From Camelus dromedarius (Eukaryota): a stretch of DNA of 64,000 nucleotides. Under the pieces are notes generated by a model. The model did not search any database. It had not been told where the DNA came from and was given only the letters and a program-made list of their open reading frames with translations. Each line of letters starts with the position of its first letter. Position 1 is the first letter of the stretch. Where the stretch lies: the NCBI RefSeq assembly GCF_036321535.1, contig NC_087437.1, positions 85,562,001 to 85,626,000 of the forward strand, in the 5' to 3' direction. Below, piece by piece: positions 12,809 through 25,940 of this stretch. The position numbers and the translations under genes were made by a program.

Positions 12809-13510
12809 TAGTAGAAACTCTTATAAGGAAATCCATTCAATCCAGTTACCCAGATTAACTGATAACCTTCTATGAAAAAGCACTGAGTAGGACTCACAGA
12901 TTCTAAATGTTTCTGACGGAGTAAACCACACTCTAGTGTAGACACACACTTTTTTCTGTATGTTAAGTTATATCATGGAGAGCAGTTGGTTTTCTTTCTG
13001 TTTCTGTTTTTGTCACTTGCAATCATCATAGTAATTATGTAATTAATTTAAATAATACTTAAATCAACTGAGTTCAAAAGAAATAGTTGCTATGATAAAT
13101 AAGTTAAATGATTTGTAAATATTTGACAAAGGTGTGTAATCTAAAAAATTATTGTTAAATTGGGTGTGAAAAGATAATAATCCCACAGAATGGAAAGTTA
13201 ATCATAAACATCTAGAACAAATCTGGGAAGCTGTTTTCAACATTTTTACTCTTCTTTAGAGAAACTAAAACTAGAAAATTTAGACTATGTTAATAATTTA
13301 GAAGTAAGGAAAATATCAAACTACAATCAGTAATTCCACACACAGAGAAAAGTCAATGGCCTTATAGTAAATGTTTGACAAATGAATATCTATGCACATG
13401 TTTTTATATTAAAGTGCAGTGTTTACGATGCTTATGTAAAATTTAAAATTATTTCTTATTATCAGAAACTTTACTAGTCCATCATTTTTAAGATGAGATA
13501 GTTTTAATTG
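12809..13510 (+). mobile_element. Tigger-type (Tc1/mariner-pogo) DNA transposon relic, Tigger13-like
   Basis: Decayed TIRs (tagtagaaactctt ... gagatagttttaattg followed by TA); internal remnant of the transposase N-terminal HTH region (gagttcaaaagaaatagttg...tttgacaaaggtg...agagaaactaaaactagaa). Confidence 0.6.
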
Positions 13511-13664
13511 TAAACCTGGTTTGGTCAAATGATATGTACCTATTGAAAATTGATGGAAAATTAAGCTAGGCTAAATTATGAAGTATAATTTATGCTTTTC
13601 TGAAAATTGTCAGAACTTTATAAATACAAGATTCATCGTTAATAATAAAACATTTTTTTGTGGA

Positions 13665-13860
13665 TTTACAAACACTTTCATCAGTTATCAAAATAGCCCT
13701 TCAATGTATATAGTTTTGTAGAAAAAATTATTCTGATTTTTCTCATAATTATTCTCATTTTCTGAAGGATGAAATAAAATTTAGAGAATGTCTGAAGTAA
13801 AACACAAATTTTTGGTTTATGTGATCTTTTCATAGGTACTTGCTCTGTTTATGTGATTCT
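13665..13860 (-). mobile_element. MIR fragment
   Basis: attattctcattttctgaaggatgaaataaaatttagaga is the antisense MIR core. Confidence 0.5.
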
Positions 13861-14496
13861 ACACATTTTTAAAATTCAGTTTATGGATCACCCACTATCT
13901 GAGATCTTCCCCACTGTCTCCTGAGTTAGTCAAATTACACTGTTTTCCCATAGTACTGTTAAAGGGTCTTTATTAAGTCACACTGTAGGATAACTTCTTA
14001 GCCTTTGTTGAAACACAAATCAGCCCCTTAGATCATGAGCTATTCAAAGGCACTCCAATATCCTGCACAATATGTTCCCAAAACATACAGCCTATAATCG
14101 TTCTGCCAGGCTGGCTAGAGAGATGGACAAAACACTCCTAAAACCGCTTCTAAATTACAAGTTTTATTACATTACCCCTTATATTCAAGCATATCATGAC
14201 GTTTTCATTGTCTGTTCAGGACAAAACCACTTACATTTTCTTGAATTCTGGTTTAAATATAAAATGCCCCCACTAGGATTATCAGCTCCAATTTCTTACT
14301 GTAACCCCAACTGTAAGCCATCGTTTGAACCAAATTCATATCCTCCCTGCTCTCCTAATGTCTCTTAGGATCTCTGAGCTTTTAATTCACAACTTTTGCT
14401 CATGACCTGCATATAAATATCTTTAACAAGATACTTTCTGCATTTTGACTTACTCTTCTCATCTATACTGAGGTATTTTTCCTGTATACTCTTCCC

Positions 14497-15138
14497 TATG
14501 GCAGGAGCTTAAATGAACTCAACAGAAATGAGCTGCCAGATGCCAGAGTAGCTAGCTGATTAAGAAAAGTCAAAATGAAAGAAGGAGTCAAGCCTTAAAC
14601 ACTCATGGATAGGCTAAACCAGAGAAAGTGCTGACCCCTGCCTCACCTGTTTTTCCCCATGGAGTGGAGATGGCCTCACAGCAGAGGGAGCCTCAAACAG
14701 AAGGATCCTGCAGTTTTATGGACCTGGGTTTTTTGGGGGGAGAGGGAGAGAGGAAAGGACTACAAGTGGGAAAGTACTGAGACCTGAGTCAGAATGGAGA
14801 AAAAGCATCCTCACCTTTCCCTGCCTTTACCCCTAATCATAAGGAGGTTTCCACATATTTGCCTCAGGAAGGCCCCCATACAGACCGTCCAAATGAAGGT
14901 ATTTGGGCTGTAAATTCAGTTCTGCATAAGAGCATGACCAACCAGGGGCTGAGTCCTAGACTGCAACTCCCTTCAGAATCTGCAATGCTCCAGCCGTGCA
15001 CCATGTCTGGTGTGGGAGGACAGGAGGCCTACCATATAAAGGCTTTGTAATTGCCTATATCCAGGCCGGATATAACACACGCAGCATTTTGAATGTGTTT
15101 AGAGCAGGTGTCCTCCTCCTGTAGTCTGTAATCCAACA
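14497..15138 (-). mobile_element. ERVL-type solo LTR (MER54/MER74/MER88-like) inserted in an L2 3' end
   Basis: Minus strand begins TGTTGGATTACAGAC and ends cctgccata (decayed CA); 5-bp TSD ttccc/ttgcc (4 of 5 match); L2 tail (taagcttcttgagggcggg) follows. Confidence 0.65.
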
Positions 15139-15314
15139 TTGCCTAACCTTGCATTTAGCTCTTAAGCTTCTTGAGGGCGGGTAATCTATTCTGTTTCCCA
15201 TTGTACTAATCCAAGTAATATGTCTTGATCGACTTTTGGGAGCTCATGCCTCCTATTTCCTATCATTAAATTATGGAGTCAGAGAGACCAGAAACCCCTT
15301 TTCTAGAATACAGT

Positions 15315-15325
15315 ACACACACACA

Positions 15326-15383
<58 letters not shown>

Positions 15384-15384
15384 C
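15315..15384. repeat. (CA)n microsatellite, about 70 bp, two interruptions
   Basis: Directly visible. Confidence 0.98.
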
Positions 15385-18127
15385 GGGATGGTGGTGAGTG
15401 TTACATGAACAAAATTTGTAAATTCTGAGTAGAATAAGTGTCTAATAAATGTCACTAGCCATAATAATCACCCAGGAAATATCTATGTTTTAAATATTGG
15501 AGAATAATATAATTCAGCAAATTTAGAAAGATAATAAAAACGAATAAAGATTACAGAAACTATTTCACCTAAGTAACCAGAATTCTTAGTGCCCCCTGAA
15601 ATTTCCATGCTCAAAAACTTGAGCCTAGGAATTATTGGAAATTGTTTCCTTTTCACTGCATAACTGTTAAGTCTGAAAAAATACCTAACATCAAGCACCA
15701 TTAGATCAAAATTTTGGGAGAAGGTTATATTTTTTCCTGCACATAAAGAAGACAATCCAAGAAGAGTGCATTATTCTGAAGTATGTTTAACGCTCTCAAA
15801 TCAACTGTCCATTAATGAAATCCCTGCCCCTAAACAAGGAAATTTACCATAATGGAATCTACACTGGTTAACAATTTCCATTTGTGAATTTACAAAGTGC
15901 TACTCAAGAGGAGAAAAGGTCTTTTGCTGTACTTAGTAAAAATAGTGGTGCCTTTATTTATATTCAGCCTCTATATTGTTTTACTTTAGTTCCATAAAGA
16001 ATTAATAAACCCATATGTCTATCATTTGCTTTTCTCCCATTAGGACCATGACAAAGAGACACCCAGGGAGGGAAAAAATATATTTTATTTGCATTTATGA
16101 GATATTAATCAAATAGAAAAAACTGACTAAATTGATTTTTTTGAAGTAGGAACTACCAGGGTGAGTTCACATGACAACAAATCAGCAAATAGTTTCCTTA
16201 ATTCATTGAATTGTAAAGTTATTGCCTTAAAATGACTGAGTAGATATATTTTGGGGATTAATTACACAATCAATTTTATTTAATTCTTTTACAGCTATTT
16301 TTGTTTGATATGTAGACTTTTATAGCAGAATTTTTGTTTTGTTCTTAATTCAGTGGAACGAATGTTAGTCAGCTTCGTTTTGAGGTTTGATAGGTAAGTA
16401 GAAAGTCTGTGTAAGTAAACTGAAGAGCTCCATTACAAGAAGGCACCCTCCAGCCAGCTTCCGTTCAACTTTGTGCCTCGGGAAGAAGTGTTTTTCTTTC
16501 CCCACACAGTTGTTTTTCAACAGTGTCTAAAATATTTAAGTAGAGAATTGTATGTTGGTTCCCTGTTACACCCTCATCCTTAAACAGATTATGCAGCCCC
16601 TCAAAATATCTAAAGAAAATGGTAAAATCTCTCAGAATTACAGACATGTTTTTGTTGATTTAGTTGTTCTTAATTTAGTTTTGTTTGTAATTAAATGGTA
16701 CCACAACTTCAGAGATCATTTTTTCCCTTTAAATAAGTTACACAGTCATTTACTGCACGCAGAATTTTTATATCCATTTAGATTTGACTGTGACTGTGAG
16801 ATTTCTACGGGCACTCTTTCTTCTGTTATAATCTCCACAGCACCTATCATATCTATCACAATAATATGCATGTTGTAAATGCTTAATAAATTCTGCTTTG
16901 TTTAGAAGTAGGGTTTTATCTCTGATCTGCTTAAAAACGTCCCCTTAATGATGCCATACTATCCCTGAAATAACACTATCAGAAGCTTAGATTTATAGTC
17001 AGTATCAGCTACAATTTTTACAACTCAAAACCTTTTTTTATCCTTGAGGATTAGGGTGTTATTCATCCCATACAAGTTGAATTTATCATTATGTATTTAG
17101 CTCTTTTCAAATTGCCTGAGCTATTCAGAGAAGAGCTAACAAATCAGTGTAATTCTTAAAGAAACAAAACTGTAAAAAATAGTCTTGTCAATTACCAAGA
17201 TTCTTTAAAAAGACCCTTTTAAGAGCTGAATTACTGCAAGCTAATTTTATGATGGATGAAACCGTCACATGAAATGAAGTAAATCATTTTTTTCCCCTTT
17301 GACAGAAATTCCTTTTAAGTTCTTATCTAGTGAAAAGAAACTCAGTGAACACAAAGTACATCCATTAGTTCTGCTTTCTGGAAAACTAAACTTAAGTTAC
17401 TTAGAAAAATCATTTTAAAGTCAGAGATATGTAAGATCAGATTTCAAGGGAGTCTCTATTTGGTTTGGCACCGAAAGGCAATTAAGTTACTAGCAACATG
17501 GCTCTGGTTAGTTGGAAGGGAACTGGAATTCCCCGCTCTCAAGATCTGTGAGATGGACAGCAAGTATATACAGCAAGTATGAGCCACTGGAGGCAGTCTC
17601 AGTATTTAGACATGCTTTGGTTGGTCAATGTCTATGTTGAACTGGTTTCTAAAAATACTTTTGATATTAACCCTCCCCAGGGAAAAGCCTCCAAATAAAT
17701 TGTATTTGCTAGATTTCTTTTTGTGCCTGTGTGAGGAACATTTGCCTGTTATTATGCTAAAATATATAGGATTCCCTTTCCTTTCAAGTTTAAACCTCTG
17801 GTTTCATGAGTTCCCTTTTCTTTTATTTAGTCATCTCTTCTGACACAATGTTTGAGGCAATTTCCCAAAATCACAGTTAAACATCAGAAGTACAAGGGTA
17901 TTCTTCTTTAACTGCAGTGAGATCATGAGGGTAAATTTATTTTCAAATTACTTAAGTTACAGGTATACCTTCTTTATTTAACCAATTATCAGGATATGAC
18001 CTAAGTACTCTCAGAATCTTGTTTGAAAGTGTAGCACATACGTGGATTATTCCTTAGGTCATTTTGCATCCTTTGCTAATTTACAGAGTGGCCCACTGTC
18101 ACTCTCACCCATCACTCAAGCTTTTCC

Positions 18128-21100
18128 CCTAAAAGACCTAGAAAAGCCAACACAATATTGAAAAAGAAAAGTTGGTGGACTCATGTACTGCATATAAAAT
18201 TTACTGGAAAGTTGCAACAATCAAGACAGCATACTGCTTTTGAAAGAGTCAACATATGTATCAGAGAAACAGAATACAGAGCCAGAAATAGACCCACAAG
18301 AATATAGTCAAGTGGACTTGGGGAGAGGCTCAAAGGCAATTCAGTGCAGAAAGGATGATCTTTCCAACAAGTGGTGCTTGAACACCTGGGCGATCATATG
18401 TTAAAAAAAAATGAACCTAGACACCTAACATACACTTTTCACAAAAAGTAATTCAAAATGGATTATAAAACTAAATGTAAGGCACAAAACTGTAAATTTC
18501 TAGAAGAAAACATAGGAAAAAAACCTAGGTGGTTTTCAGTTTAGCAATGAGTTTTTAAGTAGAAATAAGTTCTTAAATAAGTTGACATTAAAATTAAAGA
18601 CTTCTGCTGTCAAAAATACACTGTTAAAATATAATAACAAGTCACAGTCTGCAAGAAAATATTTGCAACAAAACACATTTCAGATAAAGTAGTTGTATTC
18701 AAAATCTAGAAAGAACTTTTGAAACTTAAAAAAAACTCTACAGTAAAAAAAAATCAACTCAATTAAAAAAATAGACAAAAGATCTAACAGATACTTCACT
18801 GCATAAGATACATAAATGGCAAATAAACATATGAAGAGATGACTGACATCATTTATCATGAGGGAATTGCAAATAAAAGAATAAGATATCACTACAAATC
18901 TATTAGAATGGTTAAATACAAAAATTAAGATAAAACATGAATATATCAATAGCTAGTGAGGACGTGGCACAAAAAATCTCTTTCATTGTTAATAAAAATG
19001 CAAAGTGGTAAGCCACTTTTGATGATAGTTGGACAGTTTATTACAGAGCTGGGTGTAGTCTTACCATGCAATCCTCCTAAGTATTTATACAACTGTTTTG
19101 AAAACTTGCATCCACACAAAAATCTGCACACAAATGTTTATAGCGTCTTTATTTTTAATCCCCATGGACTGCAAGCAAGCACGATGCCCTTCAATAAGCA
19201 AGTGGTTAAACGAACTGAGGTATGTCTTCAATAAATAGACTATTGTTCAATGAAAAACAAAAACGAACTATCAAGCCATGAAAGTACATGGCTGAATCTT
19301 TAATGGCTATTGAAAAGTGAAAGAAGGCAATCTGGAAAAATTATACACTGTATGATCCCAAGTATATGACATTCTGGAACAGGCAAATCAAAAATAAGAA
19401 TAAAAAGAGAGTGGTTACCCAAGGTTTAGGGATAAGAGAGTTGAAGCCTGAATAGGTGAAGCACAGGAGAATTTTTAGGGTGCTGAAATTATCCTCCGTG
19501 GCACTGTGATGGTGGATACATGACACTATGTTGTTTATCAAAACCCATTAACACTATAGCACAAAAAGTGGATTGTATTGTATGAAAACTTCAGCAGAAA
19601 TAATGTAAGAGGGGAATACCCAAATGGAATGCAGAATGTGACGATGAAATCTAACTGTATTTTAAATGAATGAAATGACCTCTCTAACAGCGGTGGGTGG
19701 GGAGAGAAGTGCTGACCTAAGTGACTTGAGAAATAAACACAGTGTGTAAACAATAGTAAAAAAAAACCTGTGTATGAGTGCTAGGCTCTAGTTGTTAAAC
19801 TGAGTTCAGGCTAACAACTCTGATACTAATGTACATAAATATTAGAACTGAATAAAACAAGCAAATGTATGGCAGATGCTGAGAACCAAGTGTTCACTAC
19901 TGGACTGGAAATTTACCGAGAGCAGTGAGAGGATTAAGAGTGAACCATGTGGTGATGGATTCAAGTTAGAGACAGTGTGAACTCTTGTTTAGCTTAACAG
20001 AGATTTAGATACTTACAGAAATATTTATAGATGTGTGAATATAAGTAGTTTGTTATATGCACATGTATTTCTTAACTATGTCATCTGCAAGGCCTAAGAA
20101 ACAAAGACACCTGTAACAATGAACCTACCTAGTACCCAGAACTTTGTTTCTATTACCATATTCTAATACAAGAGACCTAGGCTTGTTGGAGAAATGACTG
20201 ATTTTAGAACTGGGGCAGGAAAAATATAAGATGAAACTCAATACCTAGAAAGGAAAGAAGTGCAAAAGCACTTCCACACACACTCTTTGATAGTGCTACA
20301 GTAAAGGGACACAGAGCCAAATAAGGGAGCCCTCCAAGGTCAAAGCTGATTAATTTACATAAGTAAATAAATTTAAAAGTATTGCATTATAATCCAAATA
20401 ATAAATACCCACGAGTCTATACTGATTGAAAGAAATGACTGCATAAATACATAAGATGAGAGAAGAGACAAACCCCTTGAGAAGAATTTCAAGTAACCTA
20501 TGTAAATATCTCACCCTCAAGGACATGGAGTACGACTCCACATTCTAGGTATGAGCTGAGTAGAGCGATTTCTCTCTCGGAGCACTGTAAAGGGGGAATA
20601 CAAAGAACAACTTTACAGTAAAGGAACCTGACAAATACAACCACAGCAAGGTGATCAATGTCAACATCAGCAGTGACAAGTCATGTTGAAAGTATGTGCC
20701 ATTGATAGGATGTGATGAAAGGTACTTTTCCTCTGTGGCCTATCTTTCAAAAACCCGTAACCTCAATCTAATCATGACAAGCATCCGAAAAATACCTGAT
20801 CAGTACTCCTCAAAGCTGTCAAGGTCATCAATGTCAGCACATAAGCTCATTCTGAGAAACTGTCACAACCAAGTCAAACCTAGAGACATGGTGATTAAAG
20901 ATGGTATGGTAACCTGGATGGGATCCTGAAACACAAAAAGGACTGAGGAAAAACTAAGGAAATCTGAAAAAAGTATACAATTTAGCTAATAATAATATAT
21001 CAATATTGATTGATCAGTTGTAACTATTACTAATGTTAGATGTTAATAAAAGGCAAAACTGGGTTTCAGTTTAATTGAGGAAAGTCTCTATATTATCTTT

Positions 21101-21155
21101 GTAAATTTTCTGTCAATCTAAGATTGTTTTACAAAAAAGGTCATTTTAAAAAACT
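18128..21155 (+). mobile_element. L1MC-type LINE (L1MC3-like): ORF2 3' part plus long 3'UTR
   Basis: ORF2 motifs (gagccagaaatagacccaca, ttccaacaagtggtgc, ggcaaataaacatatgaagagatg) and the L1MC3-like 3'UTR motif gtgctgacctaagtgactt; A-rich end. Confidence 0.88.
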
Positions 21156-21159
21156 AACA

Positions 21160-22520
21160 AGTAGGTTGAAAAATTTAGTATTTATCCTGCTCTCCTTCAA
21201 TAACCTGTGTTTTAAAGTAGCCAAGTTGTTGATACGGAGAAGTTTCTTTCTATAGGATGATTCTAGTTTTTCACTAAAGTAGGAGATAGAAAACTAGAAG
21301 AATGTCACTACTTTGGAATACTTTAACCAACAGATTTAATGATAATCAGGGTCTGTTAACACAGTTGTCCCTTGGTATCAAAGGGAGATTGGTTCCAGGA
21401 CTCCCATGGATACCAAAATCCATGGATGCTCAGGTCCCTTATATAAAATGGTATAGTTTTTGCATATAACCTAAGCATATTCTCTCATATACTTTAAATC
21501 ATCTCAAGATTACTTATTATACCTAATATAATGTAAATACTATGTAAATAGCTGTAAATACAATATAAATGCTATGTAAATTGTTTCTTGTGCATAGCAA
21601 ATTCAAATTTTTCTTTCTGGAACTTTCTGGAATATTTTTCAAATATTTCCAGTTCTCAGTTGGTTGAATCCACAAATGTGGAACCTGGGCATAGAGGGGG
21701 CTGACTGTGTCTCAAAAGAGACTCAATCAATTACTATGTAGCTCATAAGAGAATTACTATCGCCTACAATTACTATTGATCAAAAATTGAAAAAAAGAAA
21801 AAAAAAGTACATCAAAGTAGCAATGCACAGGCAATATAGCAGGTCTAAATACCAATATACAAGGAAAAGTGTGAAATACATTCTTATATAAAAATGTGTG
21901 AAAACATATAAAATGTATATGAAATATGGAGATATAAGAATGAGTTAAATTAAAAGATCAGAATGAAATTTTTAAAAATTCAGATTGTGAGGACTGCACA
22001 AAAAATATGACCCAACTTCTTTAACAAAATGTTCAAGGGGAACAAAATTTATCAAGAATCCATAGAATAAAATAAATTTCAGAGATATATTGACGAATTA
22101 CCATGTTTAAAGTCTATGGGATGCTGATTCAAACAAACAATTCTAAATCATAAATAAATATACATAGCAAATAAAAAGCACACATGTACACGTTTATAAA
22201 ATAATTAAGTTTGAGCACCAACTAGATATTTGAGGATATTAAGTTGAACTATATGTCAAAATGTTGAAAGAGCTAAGATTTCATGTTAAGTATCCAATTA
22301 GTGCTGAACTGTTTTAAAAACCTCAATTTTTAAGGGCAATAATATGATAGCTCATTTTTTAAAAGTAGAATTCTTATTGTAAATATATGTTCTAAAACAT
22401 TGCAGATAAAATATGACTTAATAATTGTTGACATTTTATGATAAGTTCATGTAGATTTGTTATATTATTTTGTGTATTTTACAAATGTATAATCTTTTTC
22501 TAAATTATAAGTTTAAAAAA
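21160..22520 (+). mobile_element. Old L1ME-like 3'UTR fragments, split by MER2
   Basis: tgacccaacttctttaacaaa, ctagatatttgaggatattaag; typical L1ME 3' terminus near 22440-22520. Confidence 0.55.
21362..21707. mobile_element. MER2 (Tigger-derived non-autonomous DNA transposon)
   Basis: Imperfect TIRs cagttgtcccttggtatc ... ggggctgactg; diagnostic ggataccaaaatccatggatgctcaggtcccttatataaaatgg. Confidence 0.9.
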
Positions 22521-22899
22521 TTAATGAATATAGTATAAATCCCTGGGAGAACTTTAATATTTTATAAACACATCCTTTGCTACTGCTAACTACCATAGCA
22601 TAATAATTGACTCTGATTATAACAGAATCTGACTTCTGTATAAATTGATTATTAAAAGTAGTTTAATGCATTTACAAGCATATTTTATGCACACAGACAC
22701 ACACACACAGAAGTGGTGTAGACAAGAACTCATATGTTATTTAACTTTGATTTACTCTGATAAATTTGTTCTGATAAATTAGGAAAGATTCTAGAAAAAT
22801 CATAAATGTTAAGTGTGCAAAAATTCTTATAATTCAGTGATACTTTAAATATCTGCTTGGGTTCTTTTTGTCATTTGACTTCCTCTGTGTCAACATTTA

Positions 22900-23250
22900 T
22901 CAAGCTGCTACCTAGAATATAATATTATTATTTATTACTAGGAATTATCTTTTCCTGATATTTATTCTTCTCCTCTACCTGTCTGACTCTTGCCTTTTCA
23001 TATTCCCTTTGACATCTCTTTTTCATATGTTTCTTACACATTGGGGTTCTCAAGCATTCTCTTATATTTATGTTCTTGTCCCCCAGGCCCAATATCTAAT
23101 AATTTCCTGTATAGTTAATAACTATTAATAAGCTTAATGGATCTCAAATCCACATCAACAGCACAAATGTTTCTGATTTTTAAACTCTCCTAAACAGCAT
23201 CTCTACTTGAGATGTCCTTGGAAACTATTAACTTTTATTACATAGCTTGT
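22900..23250 (+). mobile_element. L2 fragment
   Basis: atctcaaatccacatcaacagc...atctctacttgagatgtcc resembles the L2 RT-downstream region. Confidence 0.5.
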
Positions 23251-23508
23251 CACCTTGTTGATGGAAAAATCCAAGACAATAAGTTCTTCTCTACCAAAAA
23301 AATAGTATCTTTACTAGAACTGAATTAAAGCCTATTATCTAAAATAATTATTTTCTTAAATGTTCTGGGGGCAGGGAGGGACTAATTAGCAATACCCATT
23401 AAAAAGCACACTGTTTTCAAATTATTTATTAAGTATTACATAATAAATTCTCTTTACACTTTATAATGACCATCAACATAGCAAAATCTCAGAAAAATCT
23501 TGTAGTAA

Positions 23509-23962
23509 TGTTATGGAAACGACAGGCCAGCCAAGAAACAAGCACCACTCGGAGGGTTGGAGTACTCAGATGTATTACGCCGGCGGGCTCAGAGGGGCTT
23601 CTGCTCTGAAGCTCTGAGCACCTCCAAGACGTGCACATGAGGTTTTATAGGGTAAAGTACAAGCCTGGGGTATTTGGCCAATAGGCATGGAACAGCTTTA
23701 GCAGCATTATCATCACAAAAGTGGAGGCAGGGAGGCAGCAAACCAACATTCCAAAGCCAGATATATATCTTTGAAAATCCAGCTGGCTAGCAAAAAAACA
23801 TGAACAGCAAACCAAAACTAATTAACCTAGATTTACAAGTTAGTCCAGCAGAACTCAGATCAGTATTCCAATACTTAGATTTGTGAGTTATCTTGTTAGC
23901 CCAGCACAGCCTCTCCTTCACATTCCTAGACCTTGTTAGACCAGCCTGGTTTTTCCTTCACA
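23509..23962 (-). mobile_element. Young ERV1-type solo LTR (454 bp)
   Basis: TG...CA termini; perfect 4-bp TSD GTAA (23505-23508, 23963-23966); minus-strand TATA box (ttttatag at 23643-23650); CCAAT at 23678; several CpGs retained. Confidence 0.9.
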
Positions 23963-25324
23963 GTAAAAGAATAGTTGCTTTGTTTAACTCAGTGTTTTCC
24001 AATCTTAACCACATAAGAGTTTTCAATGAGGTAACACATTTTAAGGTCTAAGAAATTGGGATTTGTGGAACACAATCTAGGAAACCTTTGCCTGGACTAA
24101 ACCTTCCTTTGAAAGGACCTGCACAGAGAAACTGATTAACCTCTATTTTCTCTGCTGTGCTTCAATTGGTGGTGGCAGACACAGGCAGAATCTTCTGTGA
24201 TATTTCAACTGCAAAATGGCTGGGGCTCAACTGGAAAGCAACTGGGTTCTGCTGCTGTTTAACTGAAGACTCAAATGAACTCTGCTTCTGCTGATTTTTA
24301 CAAGATGCTAGTTTTATGAAACAAAATAAGGAATGACAAATATTCAAATTTATTTTTAAATGTTAAAAAATGAAAAAAATTCTACACACAAGTAAAAATG
24401 TAGAAAAGTAGGTAATCTTCCTTTATTAACCTACATTAAATATTTTTAGATTTCTCTAAGATAGCTCATTAAATGAGGATATTTTTGATCTGCTTTTGTC
24501 TTATTCCTTTGATTTATTTACCTTTTGTTTTTTCATGGGAACTTAGAGATTTATAAAATATAATTTTACATGCCTTTCTTTTACAGATAACAGACAGTTT
24601 TTTTCCTTTGGTGGGTAAGTAGGGAGGAAAAACAGAAGCAACACATTTTTTTTTTTAAAGTAACATGTCATGGACTCATAGTGCAATCTTAATTTTTGTT
24701 TTGATTTCTAATGTAGTTTTACCTTGTAGATGTGTGTATGTGCTTATTAGAAGAGCAGTGTTAGTAGAGATTAAGTTTTTCCTAAAACTAATGGCTTCTG
24801 CATATTACTGCCATATCCCTACAACTTTGTCACAAGAAAATCAATTCTCAAGATTTTCTTCAATTTTTTCTTTTGCATTTAATCAAAAATTTTCAATATC
24901 CTAACATGAGAGGAATAAATAGGAGCAAACCATTAAAACTGCTGAGACTAATGAGAACATATATCGTACTTCAAAAAGGCAGAAATGGTTATAGTCAAAC
25001 GGTTTCAAATAAATGCTAGATCGAATAATTCAGGTGCATAAAAAAGAAAAAAAAAATTAAAAATCTCATACAAAAAACATTATCTTATTCCTGTTAAAGA
25101 GGATACGTCCACATCTGTGATGAAGTAAAAACTCTCACAGCATTAAACCCCACAGTGAAAATATTACTAAACTGGTACATCTAGAAAATGCATCATTACC
25201 TTTTTTTTAATTAGCTTTCCCACAGAAACTTGAAAAGAATGTGATGAAAGGGAACAAGGTAAAGAGTGAGAAGAGCAAGAGAACATTTATAGTATATGGT
25301 GTATGCGTTAGAAGGATGTGGTGA

Positions 25325-25940
25325 TGAGACAGGAAGGGGGCAGGGCACAGCCATTCAAGGAATGCTACAGCAATTAACATCAAAATGGTGAAAGATTCAA
25401 CCCCCAGTTGGCCTTGAAGCTCAAGATGGTGGGAGATGTAACTTCTTGTAGACTGTTAGTTTCATTATATGCCTATTGTAATAGATTAGCATGGTGAATA
25501 ACATGCCCACAGGCACCATGACAGTCCCAAGGCTAGCCACAAAAGGTCAAAGAGTGGGAAATGGCCGACTTCTTGGGATTCCCAGCCCCTTCCCCAGACA
25601 AGTTAGACTGGTCCTTCCACTTATTTGCATATGAAGCTACCAAACCCCATGAAAACAGGCAACACTGCCCCTCCTGGCTGCCTCTCTCTCTCCCTTCAGA
25701 GACAGCCCACATTCTGTCAACGGAGTGTTTACCTACTTTAAACCCCCACACCTCATGGCCTTTCTCTTGCCTTTCAATGTATCTCTTTAAATAAATTTAC
25801 CTTTACTCAACTGTGGCTCACTCTTAAATTCTTTCCTGCACAAAGCCAAGGACCCACACTTGGCAGGGCACGTCCCAGGGGCTCAACCGAAGCCTGGGAC
25901 ACGGCCCTCCTCACGCCCCACATCCGTTTTTCCTGCACCA
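25325..25940 (+). mobile_element. ERV1-type solo LTR, MER41-like, copy 1
   Basis: TG...CA; perfect TSD GTGA (25321-25324, 25941-25944); AATAAA at 25790; MER41-like core cccacaggcaccatgacagt. Confidence 0.9.

Noticed and set aside
24162..24347. Q/S-rich 61-aa ORF as a terminal exon
   Set aside because: Not recognised and lacks a strong acceptor; cannot be supported without homology data.
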